A stretch of 64,000 bases of DNA. Origin: a virus. How positions within the stretch are numbered: position 1 is the first letter of the stretch; each line of letters opens with the position of its first letter. Made by a program: the position numbers and the translations under genes. Positions 45,708 to 54,733 of this stretch are shown here, one piece after another. Location: positions 1 through 64,000 of the IMG/VR virus record IMGVR_UViG_3300036985_007703, one strand, 5' to 3'. The notes under the pieces were generated by a model. It did no database searches, was not told the origin of the DNA, and was given only the letters and a program-made list of their open reading frames with translations.

Positions 45708-47066
45708 CTACCTTACCACCGTGCCCCCCGCCCTGTCCGCAAACTCGCGCAGGAGGGCCCCGAGGGCCCCGCCCGCCGCCTCGCTGGCCGCCGCCCGCCC
45801 CAGGGCCAGCGCCTCGAAGCGCGCCCGCTGCGCCCCCGTCAGCTCCACGCCCTCATAGCGCCCCAGCACGTACGCCGCGAAGACCTCCGCGAACTCCTCC
45901 ACCGCGGACTCCGCCCCGTAGGCCGTCGGCGCCGGCACGTAGGCCGCCTGCGGGCCCTCGCGCTCCTGGTCCGCCTTGCTGCGCGGGTCGAACCACGCCG
46001 CGAAGCGCGCCCGCGCCCCCGCCCGCATGTGCTTGAACCAATAGCGGTGCCCCAGCTCGTGGACCACGACCTCCGTCACGGTCTTCGCACTCCAGGTCAA
46101 CTGCGGATTCAATACCACGTCATCCAAGCTGCTGGCGTAGTGGCCGCCCGACCGAAACCGCTCCCCCGATTTCGCCGTTGTACCCATCACAGCGCTGGTC
46201 GGCGGCAGCACGTAGATGCGCCCTTTCCAGACCACGCCAAAGCCCTTTTGACGCAGCGCCGCCTCCGCGCGCTGCACCCCCGCCAACACCGCCCGCGCCG
46301 TCCGGTTGCTCACCTGCGCATCCGGCACGCTGTCCTCGGGCGCCCGCGCGAGCTTGCGCAGATCCACCGCCGCCCCCGGATCGGTCAGCACTTTGACCCC
46401 GCGAATCTCGTACTCCAGCGGGGGGACCTCGGCCATGCGCTTCACGTCGATCGCCGCTACGGCCTCCAGCGTGCCGAAGACCCGGAATGCCGCCTGGACC
46501 TCGCGGTCGACCTCGGTCGCCGCCTGCTCGGCATTCTCTACATCGGCCTGCCAAGCGTTCAGGGTCCGCCCGCGCCCATACGTCTTTGACGAAGCCCCAC
46601 CCCACATCGCCTGCGCGCGCAGATCCTCGGGGGTCTGCGGGTAGTCCCGCTGAAACCAGGTCGCCTCTGCGTTCTTGAACGCTGCCAGGCGCGCCCGCGC
46701 GGCCTCTAGGGCCGGAAGCACCTTCATCTGCGGGGCCTCCGCCAACTTGCGCCCCGCCACCTTTGCCGGCAACTTGAGCACCGGCGATCCCATGCCCACC
46801 ACGTCAATGTGCTGCACTACCGACCTCGCAAGATCCTGTATCGTCGATAGGCCCGGCGCTCGCACCAGCGCGTCGACCAGCGCCGCGATCCGCCGCTCGC
46901 CCTCCGCGAACCACGCGAGGACCTTATCCCGATCCTTGGGCTCGCGGATCTGCGCGATCCGCGCCGCGTCCTTCACCCACTGCGCCCACCACTTGCGGAC
47001 CCCCGCCAGCCACGCCTTCGAGCCCGGCGCGGGGGCCGCCTCCAGCAGGGTCAGCAGCTCACGCAC
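45708..47066 (-). CDS. gluzincin-like metalloprotease with leader motif
   Basis: MRELLTLLEAA; GGHY...VVVHELGH...PTAYG...EEFAEVF. Confidence 0.7.
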   Translation of the reverse strand: MRELLTLLEAAPAPGSKAWLAGVRKWWAQWVKDAARIAQIREPKDRDKVLAWFAEGERRIAALVDALVRAPGLSTIQDLARSVVQHIDVVGMGSPVLKLPAKVAGRKLAEAPQMKVLPALEAARARLAAFKNAEATWFQRDYPQTPEDLRAQAMWGGASSKTYGRGRTLNAWQADVENAEQAATEVDREVQAAFRVFGTLEAVAAIDVKRMAEVPPLEYEIRGVKVLTDPGAAVDLRKLARAPEDSVPDAQVSNRTARAVLAGVQRAEAALRQKGFGVVWKGRIYVLPPTSAVMGTTAKSGERFRSGGHYASSLDDVVLNPQLTWSAKTVTEVVVHELGHRYWFKHMRAGARARFAAWFDPRSKADQEREGPQAAYVPAPTAYGAESAVEEFAEVFAAYVLGRYEGVELTGAQRARFEALALGRAAASEAAGGALGALLREFADRAGGTVVR

Positions 47067-47427
47067 GGCGCACCTTCGCAGCCAGCGTGCCGATGGCCCC
47101 CGCCACGCGGTCGTGCCACGCGGCCCCCGCCCGGTCGCCCCTCGCCCGCAGCGCCACGGCGATCCCGTCCGCCTGGTTCGAGAGGTCCGTCAGGGCCGCG
47201 CTCAGGGCCGCCGCGGCCCCCGGCGCCACCGCGAGGAAGTCCCCGCCCCGCCCCGTGGCCTCCCACACGAGGCGCGCCGCCGCGGCCTCCCCCGCGTCCA
47301 GCCCGTGCCCCTCGGGGTCGTCCGCCAGCTCCGCGAGGTCCGTCTCGAAGAACGAGGCCACCATCTCGGGGATCTTGACCCGGACAGCCCGCGCCTCGGC
47401 CCCCTCGATCAGCGCCCGCATCGTCAT
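47059..47427 (-). CDS. putative internal head protein
   Basis: MTMRALIEGA. Confidence 0.55.
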   Translation of the reverse strand: MTMRALIEGAEARAVRVKIPEMVASFFETDLAELADDPEGHGLDAGEAAAARLVWEATGRGGDFLAVAPGAAAALSAALTDLSNQADGIAVALRARGDRAGAAWHDRVAGAIGTLAAKVRRA

Positions 47428-47768
47428 GACGCCACCAGCTCGATGCGCGTGGCGAAGCCCTCCCCGAAGTAGTCCTCCAGCCAGCTCCCCACCCGCATCC
47501 CCTTCTCCCCGTAGAGCCCCGGCAGCCCCAGCGCCCGCGCCGCCGAGATGGTCACCTGCAGGGATACCCCCCGCTGGTCGACCTTGGGCACCTGGCGCCG
47601 CACCTCGCCCCAGGCCCGCACGCGGACCACGCGCACGCGCCCCGCCGGGCGCTCGTACGCGATCTTGACCTCCACGGGCTCCTCCAGCCGCGCGCGCTTG
47701 GGCGCCGGCATGCGGAGGCTCCCATCCTTGTTGGCCACGGCCTCGATCAGCGCCCGCATCTTCCGCAT
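47424..47768 (-). CDS. putative internal head protein
   Basis: MRKMRALIEA. Confidence 0.55.
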   Translation of the reverse strand: MRKMRALIEAVANKDGSLRMPAPKRARLEEPVEVKIAYERPAGRVRVVRVRAWGEVRRQVPKVDQRGVSLQVTISAARALGLPGLYGEKGMRVGSWLEDYFGEGFATRIELVAS

Positions 47769-47779
47769 GGGGGCCTCCA

Positions 47780-48025
47780 TCACTGTTCCTCGTTGCTGAT
47801 CAAGAACTCCCGGAACACCTCCGACATCTCCTCGCAGGCATCCAACAGCGCCTCCAAGGCCTTCTCCCCCTGGACCTGCGCCACGATCTGTTTGGTCAGG
47901 GGCCCCTTGAACTGGCCCTCGATGGCGTAGGTCTTGTCTATCATCGTCCGCGCGTGGCGCAGGAGCCCGGAGGACGGCCCACCCTTCATGATCCCCTCGA
48001 TCAACGTGCTCATCGTATGCATCAC
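47780..48025 (-). CDS. putative internal head protein
   Basis: MHTMSTLIEG. Confidence 0.55.
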   Translation of the reverse strand: MMHTMSTLIEGIMKGGPSSGLLRHARTMIDKTYAIEGQFKGPLTKQIVAQVQGEKALEALLDACEEMSEVFREFLISNEEQ

Positions 48026-48037
48026 ACGCCTCCTCGC

Positions 48038-48706
48038 CTAGCCCCGCGCGCTGATCTGTGTCGCCACGTCCCGGCGCACGTAGTTGACCAGGAACTTCGC
48101 CGCGCGGTCCGCGTCCATCATGCCCAACGACACCTTCATGACCTTGGTGTCATCCTGCTTCGAGCCGTCCCACTTGTTCACCACGAAGGCGCTCGTCCCG
48201 CGGTCCATGTCGATCGTGACCTCCAGGTCGTAGACCATATCTTCCCCGTTCCGCGCCACGACCAGGACCGGCCAGTCGAACCCCTGCGACTCCACCGATG
48301 CCGTCAGGCCGCCGGCCCCGCTCATCATGGCCGAGCCCTTCAGCTGCGCGTTGACCGCGAGGGCCACCTCCTTGAAGAAGGCGATCAGCGCGCCCTCCAG
48401 GATCTTGCCCAGGTTGTTCGCGGAGCCGCTCAGCGCCTCGGCGAGGCCCGCGCCCTCCTGCAGCCGCTCGATCAGGGACGACATGGAGTCCCCCTCCACG
48501 CCCTCGACCTTGAGCTTGAGCTTAGGCAGCCACTCCTCGTCGTCGACTTGGTTGCGGATCTGCTGGAGCAGCCCCGCATCCTTGAACCCCTTGTAGTTGC
48601 CCGACATCCAGGCGTCGTACAGCTTGGCCTTCCAGCCCTTGCCCTTCTCTTTCGCCCACGCCTTGAGGGCCGCCATCTGCTCTGCGTTCGGTGCGTACTT
48701 TGCCAT
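48038..48706 (-). CDS. two-domain protein with an internal leader (start at 48484)
   Basis: Internal MSSLIERLQEG preceded by GGAGGGGG. Confidence 0.6.
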   Translation of the reverse strand: MAKYAPNAEQMAALKAWAKEKGKGWKAKLYDAWMSGNYKGFKDAGLLQQIRNQVDDEEWLPKLKLKVEGVEGDSMSSLIERLQEGAGLAEALSGSANNLGKILEGALIAFFKEVALAVNAQLKGSAMMSGAGGLTASVESQGFDWPVLVVARNGEDMVYDLEVTIDMDRGTSAFVVNKWDGSKQDDTKVMKVSLGMMDADRAAKFLVNYVRRDVATQISARG

Positions 48707-48762
48707 GATTCCCGCTCCTATGGGCCGTGGGCCCCGCTAGACGCCCACCGGCGCCGTTGATC

Positions 48763-49134
48763 TCACCTTGCCGCCGCCGCGAGGCTCGATCGCCACGCCT
48801 CGGCGTTGTTGACCGCGTTACGGATGCGCCGCGTCAACCCCTCGTCCTGCGGCGCATAGAACCGCCGCTTGGCCATGTCGTCCGCCAGGGCCAGGCTCCA
48901 GCTCGGCACGTCGTACCGCTTCTTGTACAGGAACACCTCGCCGTCCCACCCCTCGGGCTGCGCGAAGGCCGCCTGGTAGGAGCCCTGGCTCGGCTTGCCC
49001 TGGTCCCCCATCACCCACGCCTGCCAGGTGATCGCCACGGGGCGCCGCGCCTTCTCCACGATCACACGGACCACGCCCGCGCCCTCGATAAGGGCCCGTA
49101 GGCGCGCGCTCAGGGGCATCATGCGTGCTCGCAT
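48763..49134 (-). CDS. putative internal head protein
   Basis: MMPLSARLRALIEGA. Confidence 0.55.
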   Translation of the reverse strand: MRARMMPLSARLRALIEGAGVVRVIVEKARRPVAITWQAWVMGDQGKPSQGSYQAAFAQPEGWDGEVFLYKKRYDVPSWSLALADDMAKRRFYAPQDEGLTRRIRNAVNNAEAWRSSLAAAAR

Positions 49135-49222
49135 CCGCGTCTCTCCGTTGCATACTGGGGCGCGAGGCTCCGTGGCCAGACCACCTGCCTCCCCTCCAGC
49201 GTAACCACCGCCCGCGCGCCTG

Positions 49223-49609
49223 TCACCGCACGGCCTTGTACGAGGCTTCCCTGGCCTTCGCGATGGCCTCGCGCTCCGCGTAGCCATCCGCGACGAACTT
49301 ATCCCGCTGCTGCCCCACGAACTTCTCCCAGCGCTTCACCGCCGCCGCCGCCGCCGCCGCGTCCTTGTAGACCCTGCTCTCCAGCATGCTCACCCACGTG
49401 ACCACATCGTGGTAGTCCACGCGCCACGCGGTGCCCGCGTTGTCATCCTGGATGATCCGCACCGGGAGTTCGTACTTACCCGCCTTGCCGAGCTGCATGG
49501 TCCGCCCGTAGGCCATCCGCTTGCCGTCCGGGCTCGGGTAGGCCGTCCACCCCTTGGGGGTCGTCCCCGCCTCGGCCGCCTCTAACATCGCGCGCATCGT
49601 GCCCATCAC
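49223..49609 (-). CDS. putative internal head protein
   Basis: MGTMRAMLEAAEA. Confidence 0.55.
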   Translation of the reverse strand: MMGTMRAMLEAAEAGTTPKGWTAYPSPDGKRMAYGRTMQLGKAGKYELPVRIIQDDNAGTAWRVDYHDVVTWVSMLESRVYKDAAAAAAAVKRWEKFVGQQRDKFVADGYAEREAIAKAREASYKAVR

Positions 49610-51294
49610 TTGCCTCCCTTAAGTACCTTGATAAAACGCGTGAGGTCCGTCCCCGTCTTGAACAGCGCCTCCTCCCCGGCCCGCAGCTTCGTCCACATGC
49701 GCAAGAAATCCCCATCGATCATGGCGATCGAGGTCACAGCATACGGGGCCTGCTTCTGCGAGTTCCGCATGTCGTCGGCCATGCTCTTCACGTCCACCGA
49801 GACGCCATCCAAGATCTTCATGGCCTCGTTGACCTTCTTGTAGGCCGCCTCCGTCCGCTTCTGAAGGTCCTCGGCATCCGCGAGGAAGAGGTTTTGCTCC
49901 TCCACGAGGCCGCGCCCCTTAGGGGCCCGCCCCTCCGTCGTCCCCTTGGGGCCGATGTCGATCACGCGCCCCATGCGCTGCTGCACCACCAGAAAGCGGT
50001 CCCCCTCGACCTCCTTGGCCACCGCCAGGAGGTAGTTCTGGTTCAGCGCCCGCTTGCCGTCCGCCGCCGCCATCAGGGCATCGTTCTTCTTCGCCGACTG
50101 CCCGCTCGTCGTCGCGCTCGGGCTCGCCAGCAGCACGGCCTCCGCGGCCTGCGGGACCCCGCTGATCAGCTGCCAACCCTTGCGCCCCTTCCAGAGCGTC
50201 ACGAAGGCCTGGGAGTCCGCCGCCGGCCCGTGGTCCTTATTCACAAAGACCAACCACTCCTTGCTCGTGCCTTCCGCCCACGGGGCCATCCCCGCCCGGC
50301 GGAAGGCCGCCTTGGCCGCCCCCTCCAGCGTCCGCTCGCTGGGCGCGCGGTCCCCCGCCGCCTCGCCCATGGCCCCCGCCTTCTTGCGCGCGATCGTCCC
50401 GCACAAGGCCTTGGGATCGCTCACGCCCCCCTTGGCCTTCATGTACTTCACGCAGTTCCCAAACTTCTCCCCCTTGCGCCCCTTGAAGGCCCCCGTCTTC
50501 GGGTTGATGTACTTCGCGCTGAGCTGCTGCTGCTTCGACGCCTTCTTCTTCTTGGCCGCCGCCTCCATCAACGCCGCGACCCAGTGCCCCACGGCCTCGC
50601 TGGCCTCCTCGGCGTCCATCTCCTCGTCGTCGTCCTCGGGCCCCTCGCAGTCCTCGCAGGCCGCCCCGTCGCTCTCATCCCGCGCCTCGCAGGCCCGCGG
50701 CTCGCCCGTCACCGGGCACACACCCTCGTCGCCCATGTCCTCGCCCTCGTCCCCACCGTCCTCCTCGTCCTCGTCGTCCTCCACCGCCTCAAACTTCTTC
50801 GCCGCCGGCGCGAAGGCCTGCGTCGTGCTGAAGTACCGCTGCAGGATGAGATCCGCCATCTCGCGCCCGCTGATCCGCACCATGAGCAGGTACCAGTAGA
50901 TCGGCATGTTCTCGGGCTGCGCCCGCATGAGCCGCGCCGCCTTCGGGGCCACCTTCGCGATGTTGCGCAGCGCCAGCTTGAACGCCTCGCGCGGCCGGTT
51001 CGCCAGCACGTCCTGCGCGTCCGCCATGTTGTCCGCCCCCAGCAGCGCGGGGAGGTCCTCGCGCGGGATCGCCTTCAGGAGCGCGCGCTGGTTGTCAAAG
51101 ATCATGTTGGAGAGGTCCAGCTTCCCCTGGTCGTCCTTCCACGCCGCCGGCGCGTCCTTCTCCCACATCTTGAGGATCTTGCTGCTCACCTTGAAGGCCC
51201 CCGGCCGCACCGGGGTGTCCTCGCCCGCCATCGCCATCGCCGCGGGGCCCGTCTGGCGCTCCATCAATGATCCCAACCGCTCGCTCAACCGCAT
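49606..51294 (-). CDS. multi-segment putative head core or polyprotein
   Basis: MRLSERLGSLME; internal ALMEA, TLEG, LVEE; acidic and Lys-rich tracts. Confidence 0.55.
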   Translation of the reverse strand: MRLSERLGSLMERQTGPAAMAMAGEDTPVRPGAFKVSSKILKMWEKDAPAAWKDDQGKLDLSNMIFDNQRALLKAIPREDLPALLGADNMADAQDVLANRPREAFKLALRNIAKVAPKAARLMRAQPENMPIYWYLLMVRISGREMADLILQRYFSTTQAFAPAAKKFEAVEDDEDEEDGGDEGEDMGDEGVCPVTGEPRACEARDESDGAACEDCEGPEDDDEEMDAEEASEAVGHWVAALMEAAAKKKKASKQQQLSAKYINPKTGAFKGRKGEKFGNCVKYMKAKGGVSDPKALCGTIARKKAGAMGEAAGDRAPSERTLEGAAKAAFRRAGMAPWAEGTSKEWLVFVNKDHGPAADSQAFVTLWKGRKGWQLISGVPQAAEAVLLASPSATTSGQSAKKNDALMAAADGKRALNQNYLLAVAKEVEGDRFLVVQQRMGRVIDIGPKGTTEGRAPKGRGLVEEQNLFLADAEDLQKRTEAAYKKVNEAMKILDGVSVDVKSMADDMRNSQKQAPYAVTSIAMIDGDFLRMWTKLRAGEEALFKTGTDLTRFIKVLKGGK

Positions 51295-51344
51295 CGCTCG
51301 TCCCTCATTCCCTTGGTTATCGCGCATGCGCATGCGCGGCTCGC

Positions 51345-52124
51345 TCATCTCTCGCCCGGCAGCGCGAAGTCCACCGGCACGCGCGCCGCCCGCAGGCCCG
51401 CCCGCAGCGCCGCGAGGTCCATCCCCGGCAGCGCCGCCGCGTGCTCGTCCACCCAGCGCGCGAACATCGTCCCCACCGCGTACTTGCCCGCGGCCCCCGT
51501 GCGGATCGCCACGTCCCGGCCATCCCACATGCGCAGGCTCACGGCCGGCCAGCTGTAGGACAGCACGAAGTCCTTCCCCCGCAGCTCCTCGCTGCTATGC
51601 GCCAGCCCCACGGGCCGCCGCTGGCTCTCCTCAAAGGGCGTCCGCAGCGTGGCCGCCCCGTCGATCAGGAACCGCTCGGGGCCCTGGAGCCCGCGGTTCG
51701 CGGCCTCCGCCGCCGCCTGCACCCGCGCCCAGACGCGCGGCCACCCCGCCTCGCCGTAGGCCGCCCGCAGCGCCGCCCGGAAGCCCTCCACCGCCGCCTC
51801 GACCATGGCCCCCGCGCGCCCCGCCTCGACCCGCTGGGCATCGCGCGCCGCCCACTGCGCCTTCGTGGGCTTGCGCCCCCGCGGCGGGGCCCCCATGGGC
51901 ACCCGCGGCGTCGCCGGCACGCTCACGCGCCCCACGTGCCCCAGCCCCGTGAGGTCCACCACGAGCACGTCCACGAGGTCGCGCGGATACCGCGTGCCCT
52001 GCGCGCAGAACACCCGCACGTCGTCGACCGCCCAGCCCAGCTCGGCGTTCCACACGCTCTCCACGCCCGCGTTGTACCGGGTCCCCCGCTCGATCGCTTC
52101 CAGCAGTTGTCGCATCGCAGCCAC
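51345..52124 (-). CDS. putative internal head protein
   Basis: MAAMRQLLEAIERG; TTGGCA-17nt-TAGAGT promoter at 52173-52201. Confidence 0.55.
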   Translation of the reverse strand: MAAMRQLLEAIERGTRYNAGVESVWNAELGWAVDDVRVFCAQGTRYPRDLVDVLVVDLTGLGHVGRVSVPATPRVPMGAPPRGRKPTKAQWAARDAQRVEAGRAGAMVEAAVEGFRAALRAAYGEAGWPRVWARVQAAAEAANRGLQGPERFLIDGAATLRTPFEESQRRPVGLAHSSEELRGKDFVLSYSWPAVSLRMWDGRDVAIRTGAAGKYAVGTMFARWVDEHAAALPGMDLAALRAGLRAARVPVDFALPGER

Positions 52125-52321
52125 GTCTACCCTCCGGCAAGCGCGCGCCCCCTCTCGTCTGCTCGCTGATCGACTCTACCGACCCGCCCGCCCCCTGCCA
52201 AGAAATCCCCACGCCCCGCTCGCGCTTTACCCCGCCGCGAGCCACGCGAGCACCGCCAGGACGAGCCCCGCCACGGCCAGCCCGATGAGCGCCGCGAGGG
52301 CCACGTCGCGCCCGCCCGGCC

Positions 52322-52636
52322 CTACGCCCACGCCGGCCCCACTGGGGGCTGCGAGATCGGCCCCTCGGCCGCCCCCGTCGCGCGCAGGGCCTCCGTGAGG
52401 GCCGCCACGCACAGCGCCACGTGCCGCCGCGTCGCCGCCGCGTCCCGCCCCAGGCCCCCGGCCTCCGCGAGCTTCGCCAGCAGCGCCGCCGCATTGCGCA
52501 CCGCCGCCCAGGCGTCCGCCGCCTCCGCGGGGTCCCCGCCCCGCTTGCCGTCCAGCAGCAGCCCCAGCGCCGCGCGCATCAGCGCGTTCGCCTCGGCCTC
52601 CGCCAGCGCCTCCATCCTCTCGATGAGCTGTTTCAT
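52322..52636 (-). CDS. putative internal head protein
   Basis: MKQLIERMEALAEA. Confidence 0.55.
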   Translation of the reverse strand: MKQLIERMEALAEAEANALMRAALGLLLDGKRGGDPAEAADAWAAVRNAAALLAKLAEAGGLGRDAAATRRHVALCVAALTEALRATGAAEGPISQPPVGPAWA

Positions 52637-52947
52637 GGCCCCAGCCTACCGCCGCGCGGGCCGCCCCGCAAGCTCGTCCCCCGCCCCCGATGGCACGAGC
52701 CCCGCCGCCTCCGCCTTCTCCTGCAGCGCCTTGAGCGCGAACGCAAACAGCTCCGCCGGGGGATGCCCATAGGCCCGCCCCAGGGCCCGCGCGCGCTCCC
52801 AGGTGTCCCGCGTCACGAGCATCATCACCAGGTCGTCGTGCTGGAGGTCGGCGTCCGGCCGCGGGTCGAGCTTGCCGTCCTCGGCCCCCGCGATCTCCCG
52901 CTGCGGCCCCCCGCGCGGCCCCCCGCGCGCCTGTGCCCGCATCACCA

Positions 52948-53706
52948 TCAGATGGCCGTCTGGTCGAGCTTGCCCACGCTGTGATCCGCCCCGTTCCAGG
53001 TCTTATCGTCGAGCTTGTACGGCGCCGCCCCGCTCCCCACCGCGTCCTTCTGCCGCCCCACGTAGGTCACGCCCTTCATGGGCTGCTGCACCACCTGCCG
53101 GAACGTCAGGGCCACCGTAGCGAGCCGCGGCACGCCGTTCGAGAAACAGAGGCTGTACGTCACGTCGCAGCCCGTCATCACCGCGAAGATCGCGTCCCCG
53201 CCCTTCTCATTCCAGTTGAGCCCCGGCGCGTGCAGGATCGCGATCGGCGGGGGGTACGCCTCCACGTGCGTCTCCCCCTGCATGTACAGGGGGTAGCAGA
53301 ACGCCCGCAGGTAGCGGATGGCCCCCGCGACGTCCGAGTTCCACTTCGGCGAGTCCGACCCCTTCGTCATCCCAAAGGGGTCGAAGAGCTTCTCCATCAC
53401 CGTGCGGTCGCCCTCCGGCTTCATGAGCCGGCTCATGGTGACCTCGAACGAGATCGTGCGCCCCCCGTTGCTGCCCCACGTCGCGAGCGCGTGCGAGGCC
53501 CCAGGGATCTCGCTGAAGTTCCAGCCGATCTCGATCGTGTCGGAGATGCTCTCGGGCCAGTACTGGAAGGCACGCTGCGGGATCGCGGGCTTCCCCGCGT
53601 CCGCCGCCAGCGCGTCGATCCCGCACATGCTCATCCACGCCGGCTTCTCGCCGGTGGGCCCGTCCATGATAATGCTGGCGATGCCGCCGAAGACCCCGAG
53701 GGCCAT
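52948..53706 (-). CDS. contractile tail tube / tube-initiator-like protein
   Basis: FQYWPESISD...GRTISFE...PP....V.Y...F.NG.P..ATV.LTF pattern of CIS-tube-like proteins. Confidence 0.6.
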   Translation of the reverse strand: MALGVFGGIASIIMDGPTGEKPAWMSMCGIDALAADAGKPAIPQRAFQYWPESISDTIEIGWNFSEIPGASHALATWGSNGGRTISFEVTMSRLMKPEGDRTVMEKLFDPFGMTKGSDSPKWNSDVAGAIRYLRAFCYPLYMQGETHVEAYPPPIAILHAPGLNWNEKGGDAIFAVMTGCDVTYSLCFSNGVPRLATVALTFRQVVQQPMKGVTYVGRQKDAVGSGAAPYKLDDKTWNGADHSVGKLDQTAI

Positions 53707-53732
53707 GCCTCACCTCCCGCGGCGCCCCGCGC

Positions 53733-54668
53733 TCACTCCGCCGCGTCGATCGTGCGCATCGCGAGGTCCACGGTCCGCGCGCTCACCTTCGCGTTCAGCC
53801 GCTGCAACTGCGAGGGGGGGAGCCCCAGCTCCCGCAGGGGGGCCTTCGCGCGCTGCACGAACCGCTGCGCCTGGTCCACCAGGGGCCCCGCAGCCGCGAG
53901 CACCGCCGCCGCCTCGCCGTCCTCCGTCAGCGCCCCGAGCGCATCGACGAGGAGCGACGCGTAGACGTAGGCGAGCCCCGCCTGCGCCACCTCGTTCGGG
54001 CTGACCACCGTGGCCTCCGCGACCGCCTTGCCCCTGCCGCCCTTGCCCTTGCCCTTGGCCTTGCCCTGGCAGGCCTCGCACCCAGGGCAGTCGCACCCCG
54101 TGCAGCCCTTGCCCTTGGCCGCCTTCTTCTTGCCCTTGCGCCCCTCATCGAGGATCGCCCGGAGCGACGCCAGCAGGGGGTCCGCCCCCTCCATCTCGGG
54201 CTCCGCGTCGGCCGCGCTGCCGTTGGGCTCCTCGGGCTCCAGGTCCTGCGCCCCCTCGTCCTCCAGGTCCGCGCCCTCGTCGCCCTCCGCGATGGCCCAG
54301 CCCACGGCGCCCTCCGCGTCGATCGCCAGCATCGTCTCGTCGTCGAGCATGATCACGGCGCCCGGCGGGTCCTCATCCAGCGCCACCCCCACGACCTCGG
54401 CCGTGGTGTCCGCCGGCACCTCGACGGCCTCGCCGTCCTCCGTGTATGCGATCGTGTCGCTGACCGCGACGAGGGGCACGCCCTCCTCCCAGCCCGCGAA
54501 CAGGTCCTCCTCGGCCATCGCGTTGGGCTCCTCCGGCTCCAGGGCCTCCCCGTCGCCTTCGAACCCCGCGTCCACGGTCTCGCCCTCGGCCTCCGCGCCC
54601 TCGCGCACCACGGCCACGGCCTCGCCCGCCTGCCCCTTCAGGGCCTCCATCAGTGCTCGCATCGTCAT
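53733..54668 (-). CDS. acidic prohead-core/scaffold-like protein with leader motif
   Basis: MTMRALMEA; very Glu-rich; LEPEEPN x2; K/G/C-rich patch. Confidence 0.5.
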   Translation of the reverse strand: MTMRALMEALKGQAGEAVAVVREGAEAEGETVDAGFEGDGEALEPEEPNAMAEEDLFAGWEEGVPLVAVSDTIAYTEDGEAVEVPADTTAEVVGVALDEDPPGAVIMLDDETMLAIDAEGAVGWAIAEGDEGADLEDEGAQDLEPEEPNGSAADAEPEMEGADPLLASLRAILDEGRKGKKKAAKGKGCTGCDCPGCEACQGKAKGKGKGGRGKAVAEATVVSPNEVAQAGLAYVYASLLVDALGALTEDGEAAAVLAAAGPLVDQAQRFVQRAKAPLRELGLPPSQLQRLNAKVSARTVDLAMRTIDAAE

Positions 54669-54733
54669 CGCTCGATCTCCTCGTGCGGCCCGCAGCCGCG
54701 CTATGCCTGCGCATGCGCATGCGCAGCGCCCGC

